From: Octopus sinensis
Lineage: Eukaryota
Assembly: GCF_006345805.1 (NCBI RefSeq)
Contig: NW_021832223.1
Span: 372,001 to 436,000, forward strand
Length of the DNA stretch: 64,000 nucleotides
Direction of reading: 5' to 3'
In this document: piece by piece, positions 26,847-39,900 of the stretch
How positions within the stretch are numbered: the stretch's first letter is position 1
Layout of the letters: each line of letters starts with the position of its first letter
The notes under the pieces: generated by a model
Database searches by the model: none
Seen by the model: the letters and a program-made list of their open reading frames with translations, nothing else
What the model was told of the DNA's origin: nothing
Translations under genes and position numbers: made by a program

Positions 26847-28552
26847 ATGGTAACAATTGGATCTACAATGCAATATGACCAACTACGAAACAATCTCAGA
26901 GACACATCTGATTTATACAAGCGTCCCCCCTTGCCTAAAACCCAGGATTCGTCCAACTACCGTCTCAGATACGCCTACAAAGACGACAACTACCAAGTAA
27001 CCTTCCATCTTTTATGACATTTAGGACTCTCGTCCGCTGATGAGAAGCAGTTCATGCACTGCTGGAAATCGATATAACCTTAGAAACAACGAAAAATTTT
27101 CCGACTCAACGGGAAATGAATATTTAAGAAACTCAAACGAAATGGCATGTAGTTTTTTATTAGTTGCCAAGAAACGTGATACTGATTATGGTTATTCACG
27201 GATTTCCAGTCCAAGTCCACGGAAAATGTATTCCGCTGACATTCAAACACGAAATCTGGATGATGGGCAAAAATTCAGTCATCAATCCAAAAAAGATTAT
27301 TTCGAACCATCAAAAAGGGAAATGCCGAGGATTTCATCCTACGACAATCTTTTTTCTCGAATAAGTTTTTTTCAAAAAGTTATCAACCAAGGTGAGATTG
27401 AGCGACAGGTCTCGGAACTCCGCGGGAACAGCAAGTCAAGAATTGAGGACCAACATTCGATTAAGGCATTTCCGCAAACTTAATTTTAGTATAAAACCTT
27501 CAACGAACCCTACAGACATGCAAGAGACTCTGCAGAAATGTCGAGGACCGAAATCGAGAGACTGAATTCAATGTTGAAAACGGAAAGGACAAAAAACGAC
27601 GAACTCAAAACGGAAAATGAAAAACTAAAACGTGATCTCGCACAATGTCAAAACGAGTTATCGCGGTTGAAAGAGTCGAGTCATGACGACAAATATTATT
27701 CTCAGCCTTGTAAGTTTGTCGAATTCAAATCCAGACACATCATACACACCCAAGCCTAAAAAAACATCAAAAAAAGTTTCTTTCAACAATTCCGTGATGG
27801 ATAACATATCTTCAACGTGGAAAAATTCAGATGACTCACCAAATCAATACCGATCGGTCTACGATTCGGGATCAATCCCAAAATACGACTCTTTTGAAGA
27901 AAAGTACAAAAACAACTATTTCCAATACAAATTCGACGACAAAACGACAAAATTCGAAAAAGAACAAACAACCGATTATAGTACAGTGCAGTGACTCAAA
28001 TTCAGATTATTCTGACAGTTACTTAAAAGGGAAGGACAGGTACGACACGTCGAGTCAATTCAGTGGCTGCACGGACGCAATACTTCAAAGTGCCGAGTCA
28101 GTCTTGAAGGAAAACAGAGGTTTATAACATTAAACTCAATGCAGATTTATTTTCGAATGACAAGACCTACAGTCGTTATGACTTAGGATATGCCGAAAAT
28201 ATTAAAAATCAAAAAACAGACAATTCCAGTCAGAAAAGAAGACTGATGACTCCTCGCACTATAACGGACTTGAAACTTGGAGATATCGTCAAGTTTGAAC
28301 GACAAGACGGGAAGTTTGCCTGTGGAACAGTACGGTACAAGGGACATATTGAAAATAAGAACGGGAATTTTGTTGGGGTAGAATTGGACCAAAATAGTAT
28401 ATTTTATTGCTTTAAGTATAGATGGAAAGAACGACGGATCTCTCGAAAAAAGGAGATATTTTTATTGGTAGTTCAAACCTGTTTAATTTAGTCCCCCAAA
28501 TCACGGATTGTTCATTCAATTTGAAAAAATTCTTGTCTGTTGGACAGACTAG
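26847..28552 (+). CDS. Protein with low-complexity N-terminus, short coiled coil and C-terminal CAP-Gly domain
   Basis: Last exons splice to LGDIVKF...GTVRYKG...FVGVELD..NGKNDGSLEKRRYFYCPPNHGLFIQFEKILVCW; internal exon boundaries only partly resolved. Confidence 0.8.
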
Positions 28553-28925
28553 CTATAATTAGCAGTAGTTCTTATAGTGCTAACCCATAATTCTATTTCT
28601 TTCTGAATCTAATATTGTCTTCTTTACTCTCGTTTTCAATCTAGCTTATTTACACACTTTTTTACTTATAAATTATTTGGAACAGTTTTTTCTAAGGATT
28701 AAATCCAAAATTGTCTAAAACAGCCAAAAATAGTCTCAAAGGTTACTAAGACGAACTTTGTTTTGACTTCTCTTCGTCAGACTCTCTGAGAATAATAATA
28801 AGATTGAGTAAAAAGCCATTTTGACAATATTTTTAATATTTAACAATAAATTAATGTAAAAGTATTTTAATATAATTTTGAACTAATATTATTTTATTCA
28901 AGCAGACCAACGTGTACACCACAAT

Positions 28926-30580
28926 ATGAAGTGTTAGTTATACAAGAAATAACTTTATTTATTTAGTCAGCTTTATTGACTGCTTTCGTCCAATAACAAT
29001 AATAATTCCTCAAATACAACAACCCACTCGGAAAGTATATCCACTGATAAAACCATAGATTTCGTTTAAAGAAAAACTCCTATGGAGTCTATGTGGTCTC
29101 GTACTGTTTCTAATATGCTGCCAAGTTCTCCATATATACTATCTTAGATACCCCTCTACGGACTCCTATCCACTGACTCGGTGGACCCCTTCTATTGGAT
29201 AAGAGTCATTCTCGCATCCAATCGGGGTACCCTTATGAGTAACATGTCCAGGGACATTGATGGACTTGGGGATATCCCCCATCGTGACCTCGAGTATGAT
29301 CATGCAGTTCTGTGCCACAACTAAGCTCATCCACGTGTCAGATTCCCCTAAAGACCAGGCCATATTCGAAAGCATCCAAAAACGTATTTTTTGACCGATT
29401 AAGCTCAGTTTTTGGGATTGTTTTCACAGCAATGCAAGCCATTGCCTATGTCCTCACTGGAATGTACGGAAACCCCGGAGATATTGGATTTGGAGTGTGT
29501 GCTCTTATAGTCCTCCAGTTGGTCATGTCGGGGTTTTTTCTCACGTTGGTGGACGACCTTTTGCAGAAGGGATACGGACTTGGGTCGGCGATCTCGCTCT
29601 TTATAGCCGCAAATATCTGCGAGACCATAATTTGGCATGGTCTCAGTATTACTACTCTAAATACTGGAAAGGGTCAGAATGTATAATATAGTGCAGGGAC
29701 GGAATATGAGGGGGCTTTGGTCGCAATGGTCCACCTCCTTCTTACACGGACCAACAAAATGAGGGCTCTCCGGGAAGCACTTTTTAGATCAAATCTTCCA
29801 AACGTGTCAAGTCTGTTGGCCACAGTTGTCGTTTTTTTAATCGTGATTTATTTCCAGGTATTAAAATGTGTCGATTTGTAGGGATTTCGTATTAATTTGA
29901 TATTGCATTCCCGACGATATAGAGGGAACTGTGGATCATATCCAATAAAGTTGTTCTACACATCCAATATGCCTGTGATTCTCCAAAGTGCTCTTGTTTC
30001 CAATTTGTTTATGATTTCTCAATTATTTTCCCGAACAGTCGACAATTTCTTTACTCGACTGATCGGGCAATGGATGGTTAATTTAATTTGTTTGAGGTTA
30101 GGTTGAACCAAATGGGAGATCAATGCCCATCGGTGGGTTGTGTTATTACATGTCTCCTCCTGTCAATGTTCGTCATATCATGTCCGACCCAGTCCATACA
30201 CTTCTTTATATTGCCTTTATGCTTGGCTCGTGTGCTATTTTCTCGGTTTACTGGGTTGATGTGAGTGGTTCGTCTGCTAAAGATGTTTGTTTCGTGTTTT
30301 GTTTAGTCACTAGATTGCTAAGCAGTTGAAGAATGAGCATATGGTTCTTTCTGCTTGTCGAGACGACGAGTCGGTTGTGGCCTATTTGAATCGGTATATC
30401 GGCGTGGCTGCTGCTCTTGGGGGGTTGTGTATTGGGGCGTTGTCTGTTTTCGCCGATTTCCTCGGGACAGTGGGGAGTGGGACTGGATTGTTACTGGCAG
30501 AGGGAATAATTTATCAGTATTTTGAGATCTTTGCCAAGGAACGCACAGAGGCTGGGAGTATTGGGAATCTCTTGTTTTAA
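28926..30580 (+). CDS. SEC61A: Sec61 translocon alpha subunit, multi-exon
   Basis: [88 protein letters not shown]...[11 protein letters not shown]. Confidence 0.97.
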
Positions 30581-30769
30581 TTTATGCTACTCACTTCTTA
30601 TTTTCGGAATTAATTTTTGCTTTTATTGTGTTTAAGATAATTAATTTTCTCGGTGTTGTATGCTGTTTATGAAAAGTTTAATTCTATGAGTGTCCTCTTG
30701 TATTTTTTGGTTGAATTGATGACGTGGTTCTTAAAACAAATGTCTTTTTCGCTTTTTTAAAATAATGAC

Positions 30770-31200
30770 TTTAATTTGCCGTCATTCAATGTCCGAGGTT
30801 TAAAAGAAGAGGAGAAAAGGGAGATTTTACACATGATTGAACATCATATAAGGCTAAAGTGAGGGATGCAGCTGAGGAGAATTACGGAGAGTATAGAGTC
30901 ATACTGCTAAACCCCGATCTAACCACTACGGACTTGGCTTTGCTATACATCGTTGTCTTGATGGGAGAGTCCACAGAGTGTGGAGGGTCAATGACAGAAT
31001 CGCAGTACCTCAGATAAAAAGTGGGAAGTCGGATAAGTCCTTTATATCCATAATTAACGTCCTAAACAAGGATCTCAACGGAATTGAAAGAAAACTTGGA
31101 CGTGCTGACGACCTTGAAGAGCTACGAGTATAGCTCAAAGCAGACCCCGATGAAGACGTCTGGTGAACAAGATTTCTGAATGTGCGGCACAAACGGGACT
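30770..31200 (+). mobile_element. RTE-like APE endonuclease remnant
   Basis: SFNVRGLKEEEKREI and HYGLGFAI motifs. Confidence 0.55.
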
Positions 31201-31562
31201 TTAGCTAATTTAAAATTTCTTTGGTTCTGTGTACGTGCTATTAATAATAATAAATAATGTCCCTGTTAATAATGAGTTTTGAGGAAGCAGGGAATTGGTA
31301 TTTCGGAATGTATTAATGCATAAAAAATTTCGCTGATGGTCCCGACGTGGGAGTTAGGAAGATGCCAACAAATCTTTACTCACTGTCAGATATCTCTGAA
31401 TCTACCCGGATCTCTCATATTGCTGATCCTAATAATAAAAGACAGAAGAATTCCAAGAGATGGATGAAACTTATTGCGAGCAAGTAAAACAGACGATTTT
31501 CAAAGAACGTGAACCAATGTGATATCAAGCCAAATTATTAACGAAAAATTGGTTACGTAGAA

Positions 31563-31860
31563 CAGGGTTTGTCAAGTTTTTTAACGTCGGGGCCAAATCG
31601 ATAACGTCGGCCGAAAAGTAACTTTATTGAAAACTTTCGTTGATTTTAAACTGACTACTTTGTCATAACACAGAATATAGGAGGCACATGTAGATCGCAA
31701 CAGCTGACATAAGTGATTATTAGTCAATTTATTTCGATATTTATTTTACTAATATTTCTTTTAATCTCGTGTAATTGAGATGAATAACACCGTAATTATT
31801 ACATTTTGCATTTTAAGTGACTTTGCGATTATATTCTTCTGACGAATAAGACAGTGTCTT
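31563..31860 (+). mobile_element. Possible hAT (Charlie/Buster-like) end or MITE
   Basis: Begins CAGGGTTTGTCAAGTTTTTT, resembling Charlie-type TIRs; partner TIR not found. Confidence 0.35.
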
Positions 31861-32329
31861 CAGAATATAGGATCAAGATTTTATTCAAGTCTCCATTCTA
31901 AAAAAAGTTCATGAAACCATTTGTTTGGTATTAGAGACATCTTTACTTGTGTCGACAGCAAAAGAATAATATAAAAATGCTTTCGATATTCTAACAAATT
32001 ATTTTTAATAAAGAACTTGATTAGATGTCGGGTAAGAACCTTAGAAATACATTCTATTTTTCTTGTAATAGTATCATTATCTAATGTTAATCGTTTTGCA
32101 ATATTTTGTGTATCTGATAGACAACATTCATCACAAAAAATGGAAATAGCAATTTTAATAATTGCTCCATCAGAACAAGGCTTCATATTTACAGCAAAAA
32201 GGTGACTAATGTTATAAAACGTTAATAACTTATGCTTATTTTCACTGGTTAGAATATTGAGGATTAATTTTTAAATGACGTCTTTAATATATTGAGTTTT
32301 TTTTCCTTGACTCTCCGAGATATAAATTG

Positions 32330-32800
32330 TATATCTAAGTGGAGAAGCCATCGCGGGAAAATGCTCAACAGCAATTATGCCAGAGAACAACACGAAGTAG
32401 TGAAATGTATTCATTTCCACCTCTGCAAGAAGTATTGAATTAGGGAAGTAAAAAAATTAAAAGGATACTCAGTCCAGTCAATCATACCCACACAAAAGGT
32501 TAAATACGTGTTGATTCTTTAATAATTACAGACAGAAAAATTCAGTTCAGCAAATAAAATTAATTTCATCAAAGTGGGAATCACTTCCCAGAATTGCCTA
32601 AAGCAGGGCAAAGTTGAGAAATATAACTACCACGCTCAAGTAAAAATAATTCCACCTGGAACGAGGTCGTTTCCATTTTTTTTAAGAACCAAATTAAAAA
32701 GTTATTTATTGAAGATGGGACTCAGATCTACATACAGTCATCGTGTTGAAGAAACACTGAAGAGTATGATGGTCAAGCAGACATGAAATCAAAATCAGGA
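32330..32800 (+). mobile_element. R4/Dong-like 3' remnant
   Basis: KMLNSNYA...HEVVKCIHFHLCKKY, GYSVQS, VGITSQ. Confidence 0.75.
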
Positions 32801-33619
32801 AGAGGAAATAAATCAGTAGCCACATCATTAAAACAAGTCATTCGTTAAACAAAGAAAATCATCGGGGATAAATACTTATTGTTCTCACTGTCGGGGTTCA
32901 TGCATAATAATGGACATTTGTTAGATAGATTAGGAAGGCTGATCAATAATGAAAGGTAGGCAGCAGTTTGATAATAAAGAAATATGTGTTGTATCTTTGG
33001 TTATATGAGGTGTTAAAACATTTAGAAATGTCAGTAAAAAGTATTGCTTTTTTTAATTGGATAAATACTGTTTAATCAAATCTAACACTGATTGTCTTTA
33101 TTTGTTGATATTTTTATGCAACCTCAATATTTAGACCAACTAGAAAATCGATTTTACTTATTTATTCTTGATCAATCAATTTACATAATTTACGACCAAT
33201 ACGACGTGATTATAAGACTTTTTAAATTAAGGATTGACGTGACTTTCTAAATATGCGACATTAAAACTTTTCTGAACCACAATGTTTCTGTATTTCTACC
33301 TATATATTCCTTATTTTTACCCATGACCAATAAAACGACTAACAATAGCTTATCTCGGGGAGTTGGTTAGTTAATCCTCGGTTTCCCGATCTTATAGCAA
33401 ACCTGCAGCAAGTAAAAAGCAAGCTGCGGAGGCCGGTTGCTCTCGATAGATACCGAAAATTTTTTTATATACGATTAGTAGGCATTCTTTTGCTTGACCA
33501 AACAATTGGTTCGATATGGCTTTAAGGAGTTTTAGTTTCAGTTTATTCAAAAAATAAATTATTAATTGTTATAATAAATAAATTAATAATTTTTAAAAAA
33601 TTAAAAATTCCATTTCACG

Positions 33620-33958
33620 GTGGCATTGGTGTGCTCTCTGCCGCCGATCTTTCCCTACCAGCATTCCTTTTCTCTGTTCCAGCCACTAGCTCTTTCGTCC
33701 ATGAGATTCTTCAATCCGCTTCTAAATCCCCCTTGGACTCTGAGTTCTCTTCGGGTGTCAGATGCTGGTTCGCTAATGGCCTCGAAGTTTCGGATGATTT
33801 GACCAAACAACGGCAATGGGACACAGTTTTTTCCGACCACAAGTTCCTGCTCTTTAAGTATAAACTCAATCAACACCCAATGGCGTCAGTCGGGACGTTA
33901 CTGGATAACGAATGCCTCCGTATCGCAGTTTCTCTGCGATTTGGATTGAACATCTGCC
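33620..33958 (+). mobile_element. CRE fragment abutting the left TIR of the Tc1 element
   Basis: LPAFLFS...QRQWD...GTLLDNECLRIAVSLRFGL. Confidence 0.75.
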
Positions 33959-33959
33959 T

Positions 33960-35297
33960 TTATTTGTATTATTTTAACTATTTATATTTAATATATTCGA
34001 ATATATAATTTTCAAAATTAAAGCAGAAACGTGTTTTCTAGTGACAAAGAATTCCGAACGGTATTTTGTTCAACTCACAGAATACAATTTTTATTAGACA
34101 GAAATGAATAATTTCAAAAAAGGACAAATTATATCTTTATATAATCAAAATTTCTTTTATAAAATGATTTCGGACATCGTAAATATACCGAAGACAACTG
34201 TTTGGGACTTTGTTAAAAAATATCTAAAAACCGGGATTACGTGCAGAAAGGCTGGATCTGGAAGGCCACCCAAGTTCAGTCAAGAAGAAATTAGGATTCT
34301 TTTATCATTATCAACTGATAATTTTCGAACCCCAGCTACCTTGTCTTCAGAAATGGAAAAAATTACACAAAAAAGTCTCAGCACGCACAATAACAAGAAT
34401 TCTAAACTCAAAAGGTTTGTATGGACGAGTTGTAAAGAAACGACCATTTCTAAGTTCAAAAAATATTGCTCTCAGATATGGAATATCTAAAAAATTTCTT
34501 GCAATTTCCGACAGCGGATGGAGGAAAGTTATTTTCTCCGACGAATGTAGTTTTGAACTTTTTTCCCATTCAAGACGAATGTATCAATACAGAAAAAAAG
34601 GAAATAAGTTGAGATATGCAAAGTTAAGTTTAGTGGAGGGAAAGTTATTGTTTGGGGCTGTTTTTCGTATTTCGGAATGGGGAAATTAGTTTTTATTGAT
34701 GGAAAAATGAACTCTGGGGAATATATTAATATTCTGGCAAATAATCTTGAAGATTCAGCGAATAAAATGGGATTGAGCGACTATATATTCCAACAAGATA
34801 ATGCGCCTTGCCACACATCTAAGGCAACTAAAGAATATATGTCGTCTCAAAATATTAATTTGATCGACTGGCCACCTCAGTCACCTGACATGAACCCAAA
34901 CGAACACATTTGAGCTCACATTAAAAACGTTCTTTCAAGTGATACGTCAGAAAGCAGAAAAAGTACAAAAATTGATCTAAAGCAAAAAATATCGGAAATT
35001 TGGGGAAATATCCCAATGGAATTCATCAGAAAACTTGTTAGCTCAATGAAAAATCGTAGTTTGGAAGTTTACAACAGAAAAGGAAGGCATTCAAGCTACT
35101 AATTAAATTTTGTTCGGTTTTTTTGTCATAAATTTCGTTTTTTGCTTTATTCTTTAAAATTATATATTTCAATATATATTTAAATATTAAAATAGTTAGA
35201 ATAATACAAATAAAAAAGCTCAGATAAATTATTTTATTGAAAATGATTAAAAATTTGCTTAAAATTAGGTGTTCGAATTTTAATGTCGAGGGGTGTA
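33960..35297 (+). mobile_element. Tc1/mariner (DD34E) transposon, frameshifted, with long imperfect TIRs
   Basis: GSGRPPK, VIFSDECSF, FQQDNAPCH, WPPQSPDMNPNEH; 33960-34070 is the inverse of ~35110-35205; right end ...GAGGGGTG|TA at 35295-35297. Confidence 0.92.
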
Positions 35298-36164
35298 TGT
35301 ATGAATTGTTTCGAAAGATACAAAAACTTCAAAGATAGAGTATGTATGATACTAGTTTATCGCAAAAATTGCACGAAATAAAAATAACCAATTTGAGAGA
35401 GTTTACTATATAAGAAAACATCCAGGATAAAGTTCATTATGCCGAAAACAATCATTTCTGTCATCTACAATGTGCCATTAATAATTGGTAAGGACTCCAC
35501 AATATCCTATTCTGATAGCACATTAACGAATCGTCGTAATCAACGTGGCAGAAGTACAAGCGTATCCCAAAAAGGCTGCCATCCTTGTTACTGAAAAATG
35601 CGTGGCACACACCTTGGGACCATAAAAGGGTACGTGTCGGGAAAGTATTGCCTGGGTGCTACCCAAGTTAATGTGAAGGAGTTGATCAAACTTCGGAGGC
35701 AATTGCTAATAAGAAAGATCAACTTAAAAGTTCTTTACAAAACTCTCTTTAGCATCCAGAACAACCTGCACATTGCGTGACTGAAATATGGGAATAACTC
35801 TCCACAATCAGAAAGATTATTCTCAAATTTTCAGGATAGAAGCGTTTTTAATGGTCAACGGAAACAGTGTAACCACGGTAAAAATAAGGCAATGACGGTT
35901 ATCATCTAGCCACCAAAATCGGGAGTATGGTGTACCATGATTACATAACGATGCAGTGAGGTCCCTCCATCTTCTGTTCTGCAATAAGTATAGTTTGAAA
36001 CAATCCAAAAAGATGAGAATCAACTGAGTTCAATCGGTGTATGAAAACTCGAAGGTTTGCACTAAACAAAGGTTCCCCCATAAGAATCGTGTTAATGGAA
36101 TTCAGTTTCCTCAATTAGGAAGTGCCGTTTGAATGTATAAAAAAGGTATAAAAAAGTAAATATA

Positions 36165-36460
36165 AAATTTTCAAATAGAAATTGACTTGAAATGAATAAA
36201 ATCAAAATAAAATATAAAAATGATGAAATTTAAAACTGTACAATAACAAAATTAAAGTTCATAAGAATTATTCCTTCCAAATCGATTGAAATAAAACAAC
36301 ACAAAAAAATAAAAACGAGAACAAACTAAATCGATAACACGTATCAGCATGCTCTAATTTATTAGGCTTACCATTAAAAATATTCTAATTAAACAGTTGT
36401 TAATAAATAAAAAATTTATTTATATTAATAAGACATCCCATGATAAACTATACACCAAAA
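36165..36460. repeat. AT-rich ~400 bp repeat family, older diverged copy
   Basis: Colinear with 41030-41330 and 45425-45725. Confidence 0.85.
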
Positions 36461-36515
36461 TTTTTTGTGCAATCAAAAGGATTATTCTCAAATTTTCAGG
36501 ATAGAAACGTTTTTA

Positions 36516-36541
36516 TGTTCCTACGGGAAGTGCTAATAATA
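36516..36541 (+). mobile_element. 26 bp RTE 3'-tip insertion with 15 bp TSD
   Basis: TGTTCCTACGGGAAGTGCTAATAATA is identical to 37849-37874; flanked by ATAGAAACGTTTTTA at 36501-36515 and 36542-36556. Confidence 0.9.
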
Positions 36542-36599
36542 ATAGAAACGTTTTTAATGGCCGACGGAAACAGTGTAACCAATATTAATTTTTTGATTT

Positions 36600-36965
36600 A
36601 GGCTCTACAAATTTAAGTAGGGAATTATATCAGAAAAACTTGAAACCTTGGAAAAGAAAAATTATTTGGTAAAACTAAGAGTGATATTGATGTTATACTA
36701 AAAAAAATTTGAGGATGTGATTTTCAAAACTTGGAGTTATCTTCCGGATTCTTTTTATGTATCAAAAAATTTTATATGGACTTTTGACAATATTTGTGTC
36801 TACTTATATGTGTGAAAAAAGATTTTTGCACATGAATTATATCAAATCGACATTAAGAAATAAAATTACCAGACTGAATATAGAATCAAACCTCTACTTA
36901 AAATTTTCTAATTACGACCTCTACTTAAAATCCTCCAAAGAAATAAGGAATCACATTTATCATTA
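36600..36965 (+). mobile_element. hAT (SPIN/GTF2IRD2-like) transposase C-terminal remnant
   Basis: LLTIFVSTYMCEKRFLHMNYIKSTLRNKIT. Confidence 0.75.
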
Positions 36966-37019
36966 ATGAGACGAATTTATTTTCTTGAAATAAATTCTAA
37001 ATTATTATTGAATTTTCTG

Positions 37020-37326
37020 AAACGGAATTGTGTCAAAATTGTTCAAATACCATCTGGTGGCGCTCAGAGTGGAGGACAGGTTGAGCGCGTATATCCAGAC
37101 ACTAGTGTTGCGAAAGACCTAAAAGAGCATGCAAGCCGAGACGAAGCACGATTCATCGATGTATGCTGAGAAAGTTCAATTGAAAATAAATCCAAAAACC
37201 GGACATGATGATAATAATTCTTGGAAAAGTAATCACGCGAATTGAAAGATTAGCAAATACAAAACTGAATGGAGTGAACCTGTTCAAAGCAATTAATGAA
37301 CACGCTCTCTCACTGAACAACTATTA
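37020..37326 (+). mobile_element. R4/Dong-like RT thumb remnant (3' part resumes at 39010)
   Basis: RIERLANTKLNGVNLFKAINEHALSLNNYY, same family as 4190-4290. Confidence 0.8.
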
Positions 37327-39005
37327 CAGGTGTTCTCAACCGGGGGCGAAAATTTTGTACAGAGGGGCGATACACGATTACAGGATCATTTAAAACGCAA
37401 GCACCCGGATAAAATGTCAAAGCCGATTGAATATTTTCAAACTTTAAAATACAATTTTGAAAATAAGAAAACGATCAAATCGTTGCTCTAAAATCCGTCA
37501 TGAAAGATTGGCTATGATATTGCCCCGGGAACCCATCACTACGCTCTAGAATCTACAACAATTTCGATGAACGTTCTTTCAAGGCAAACTTTAGAAATGA
37601 TCCCTAGAAGTAAGCCATGGAAGAGTACTTCTCTCTGATAGCCCAAAGTTTCGCGGACGTCCCCGCACAACACTGCCGGTTGCGCTGGAACACGATCTGA
37701 AACACGTGGGCAAAACCCTAAAAAAATTCGAGGACTTGGACGAACTGCAATGGCTTGCACAAAACCGCAGAGGATGGCAAACGATGGTTAAGAAGATTGT
37801 ATCGTGTGTGGCACGTGTGGGAATATAACTCTTTCCTTTCCTTGTTTATGTTCCTACGGGAAGTGCTAATAATAATAATCAAATCGTTATTCACAAAGCC
37901 AGTACATGATGGTTATTTAACATTAATTTATATATAGTTGTGGGTGCGCAGATCGCTTCTTATAAAATTTCTGAAATTATTGCGAAAATTTCCAGTTCTC
38001 ATACTATTGCAAAAAATGTAATAATTCGATCACTGGAAGTAATAATATCGAATGTAAGATGATTCTAAAAGATGCTTCTAAAATTATTAAAACTCTACCT
38101 CTTAGCAATGATTCGATTTGTCGAAGAATTGATGAAATGGGTGATATGTAAAAGAAATTCTTATTGAAAGACTGAAGCAAAGTAAGTTTTTTTTACAAAT
38201 TGTGAATGGTTGGAAGATATAAGGGATTTGTTTCTCTTCTTAAAAAGATTATCCATGGGTCATTCATCGTATTTTACATCGCCATCAACTGGTATCGAAG
38301 ATTTTATGTTATGATTTACATCAATCTTTAAACATTGTAATCAAAACAGTTAACAAAATAAAAACACGAAGCAAATGTGATCGTCTTTTTAGAAAGTTTT
38401 GTAAGGATGCTGGTGAAGATTTTATTCGACTTTTATTACACACGGAAGTAAGATTGCATTCAAAAGGAAATGCCTTAAAAAGATTTGTTAATCTTTACGA
38501 TGCAAAGTCGCATTCTTGCAGACTGAAGAAAACTTGGTTTTGGCTGAAGAGATCATTTCACGAAAAAATGATATATTCTATTTGAATTGAATTTTACAAA
38601 TTTAATGAAATTACTATTCTTCTTCAAGGAAATTTTGTCAACATGATTGATTGCAAAAGAATAATGAAAACATTTGCAAAAAAATTATTGCTTTATCGAC
38701 ATAATTTTTCTATAAATCAGTTTAAAAACATTTCACAACTATTTGAGATAAGTAAACATTTTAGTCAAAACAAAATTATGACATATTGTCAACATTTGAC
38801 GGAACTAGAAGCGGATATATCGGATTTCAAGATTTCAACGAGATGGTATCTCTAAATTTTGGCAATTAAAAGATCTACAAATGAAATTTCCAAATTTATG
38901 GAAGGAAATGAGAAATATACTTAACATTCCCTACCACTTATTTAGTTGAAAGTGGATTTAGTTTTGTCATTCATAACACACAATGTGAAAGAAATAGACT
39001 GGAAA
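37327..39005 (+). mobile_element. hAT (Buster/ZBED5-like) remnant inserted in the R4-like element
   Basis: Starts CAGGTGTTCTCAACCGGGGGCGA; LPLSNDSICRRIDEM and LLLHTEVRLHSKGNALKRF motifs. Confidence 0.8.
37520..37880 (+). mobile_element. RTE-clade 3' end with (TAA)n tail, nested in the hAT
   Basis: FRGRPRTTLPVALEHDL...LAQNRRGWQTMV, related to 14730-14940. Confidence 0.85.
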
Positions 39006-39009
39006 TTAA

Positions 39010-39360
39010 TTCTTTGCAGAGCATAACTCAATGTGTTCCCACTGCATGAAATGGAAGACCGTCGATCACTGTGCCACTAGATGTGAGAAAATGCTACATG
39101 AGGATTATGTCAGGAGGCATGATGAAGTAGTGAGATGCATTCACTTTAATTTTTGTCGAGAATTTAGACTCAAGAATGATAAAAACTCAAAACACATTCG
39201 ATATAATCTGTTTAGGTAAATGAGAAGGTTCAAATGTCAGTGAACACGTTTATAGATTGACATTGTTGTGGAACATAACAAAACCGATTTGTTTGTTTTC
39301 GACAAGATAAAGAATCAAATTTTGTTTGTGGAAATATGGATGAGAGAAAAGCTAACAAAC
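39010..39360 (+). mobile_element. R4/Dong-like zinc knuckle/RLE remnant
   Basis: CSHC...VDHCATRCEKMLHEDYVRRHDEVVRCIH. Confidence 0.8.
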
Positions 39361-39739
39361 GGAAAACTTAAAAATGAAAAGTGGTTTAGAAACAGCACAA
39401 GATTAAATTAAAGAAATCGCGGCACTGAATAAACTGTTCGCAGAGAAAGTGTTGAATTCATGGATAACAGAAGGTGAAAAGAAGGTGAAAGGAACGACGA
39501 TTATATAATCGAGCGTGCCACCACAATACTTCCAAGAAAATGTCTATTAAACAATGAGCCCTCAATCATGTCTATAGATAGTAGTTTTATTCTATATATC
39601 GCGAAAACATTAGGCCGTTGCAAAAACGCAAGTTACTTAATAAGAAATACAAGAAAAAAATCTTTTTATTAATAAAGAAAGGACAAGAGAAAAATTGTCA
39701 TTGGCAGAAATAAAAGGAATACAATCAAAATAATTGAAA

Positions 39740-39900
39740 TGCCCTAATGAAAATAAATGGCTCTCCATTCTCGAATATTCGGTGTATTGCTACAATACAA
39801 CGATGCATTCATTATCGAATGAGACCCCATCCAAGCGTTATCGAGGAATTCTAGGAACAAATCTGTTACCGATCATTGACTCTGTAGAAGGTGGGATATT
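39740..39900 (+). mobile_element. Gypsy/Ginger-type integrase remnant
   Basis: KWLSILEYSVYCYNTTMHSLSNETP resembles the integrase-core C-terminus. Confidence 0.5.

Noticed and set aside
28640-28820. Minus-strand MAFYSILLLFS signal-like start between the CAP-Gly gene and Sec61
   Set aside because: All splice options tried end within ~45 codons; not supportable without RNA data.
31881-32205. 101 aa minus-strand ORF
   Set aside because: No family motif; AT-rich chance ORF is likely.
33350-33460. GC-richer island that might be a structured RNA or tRNA-derived sequence
   Set aside because: No cloverleaf, B-box or Sm site could be identified.
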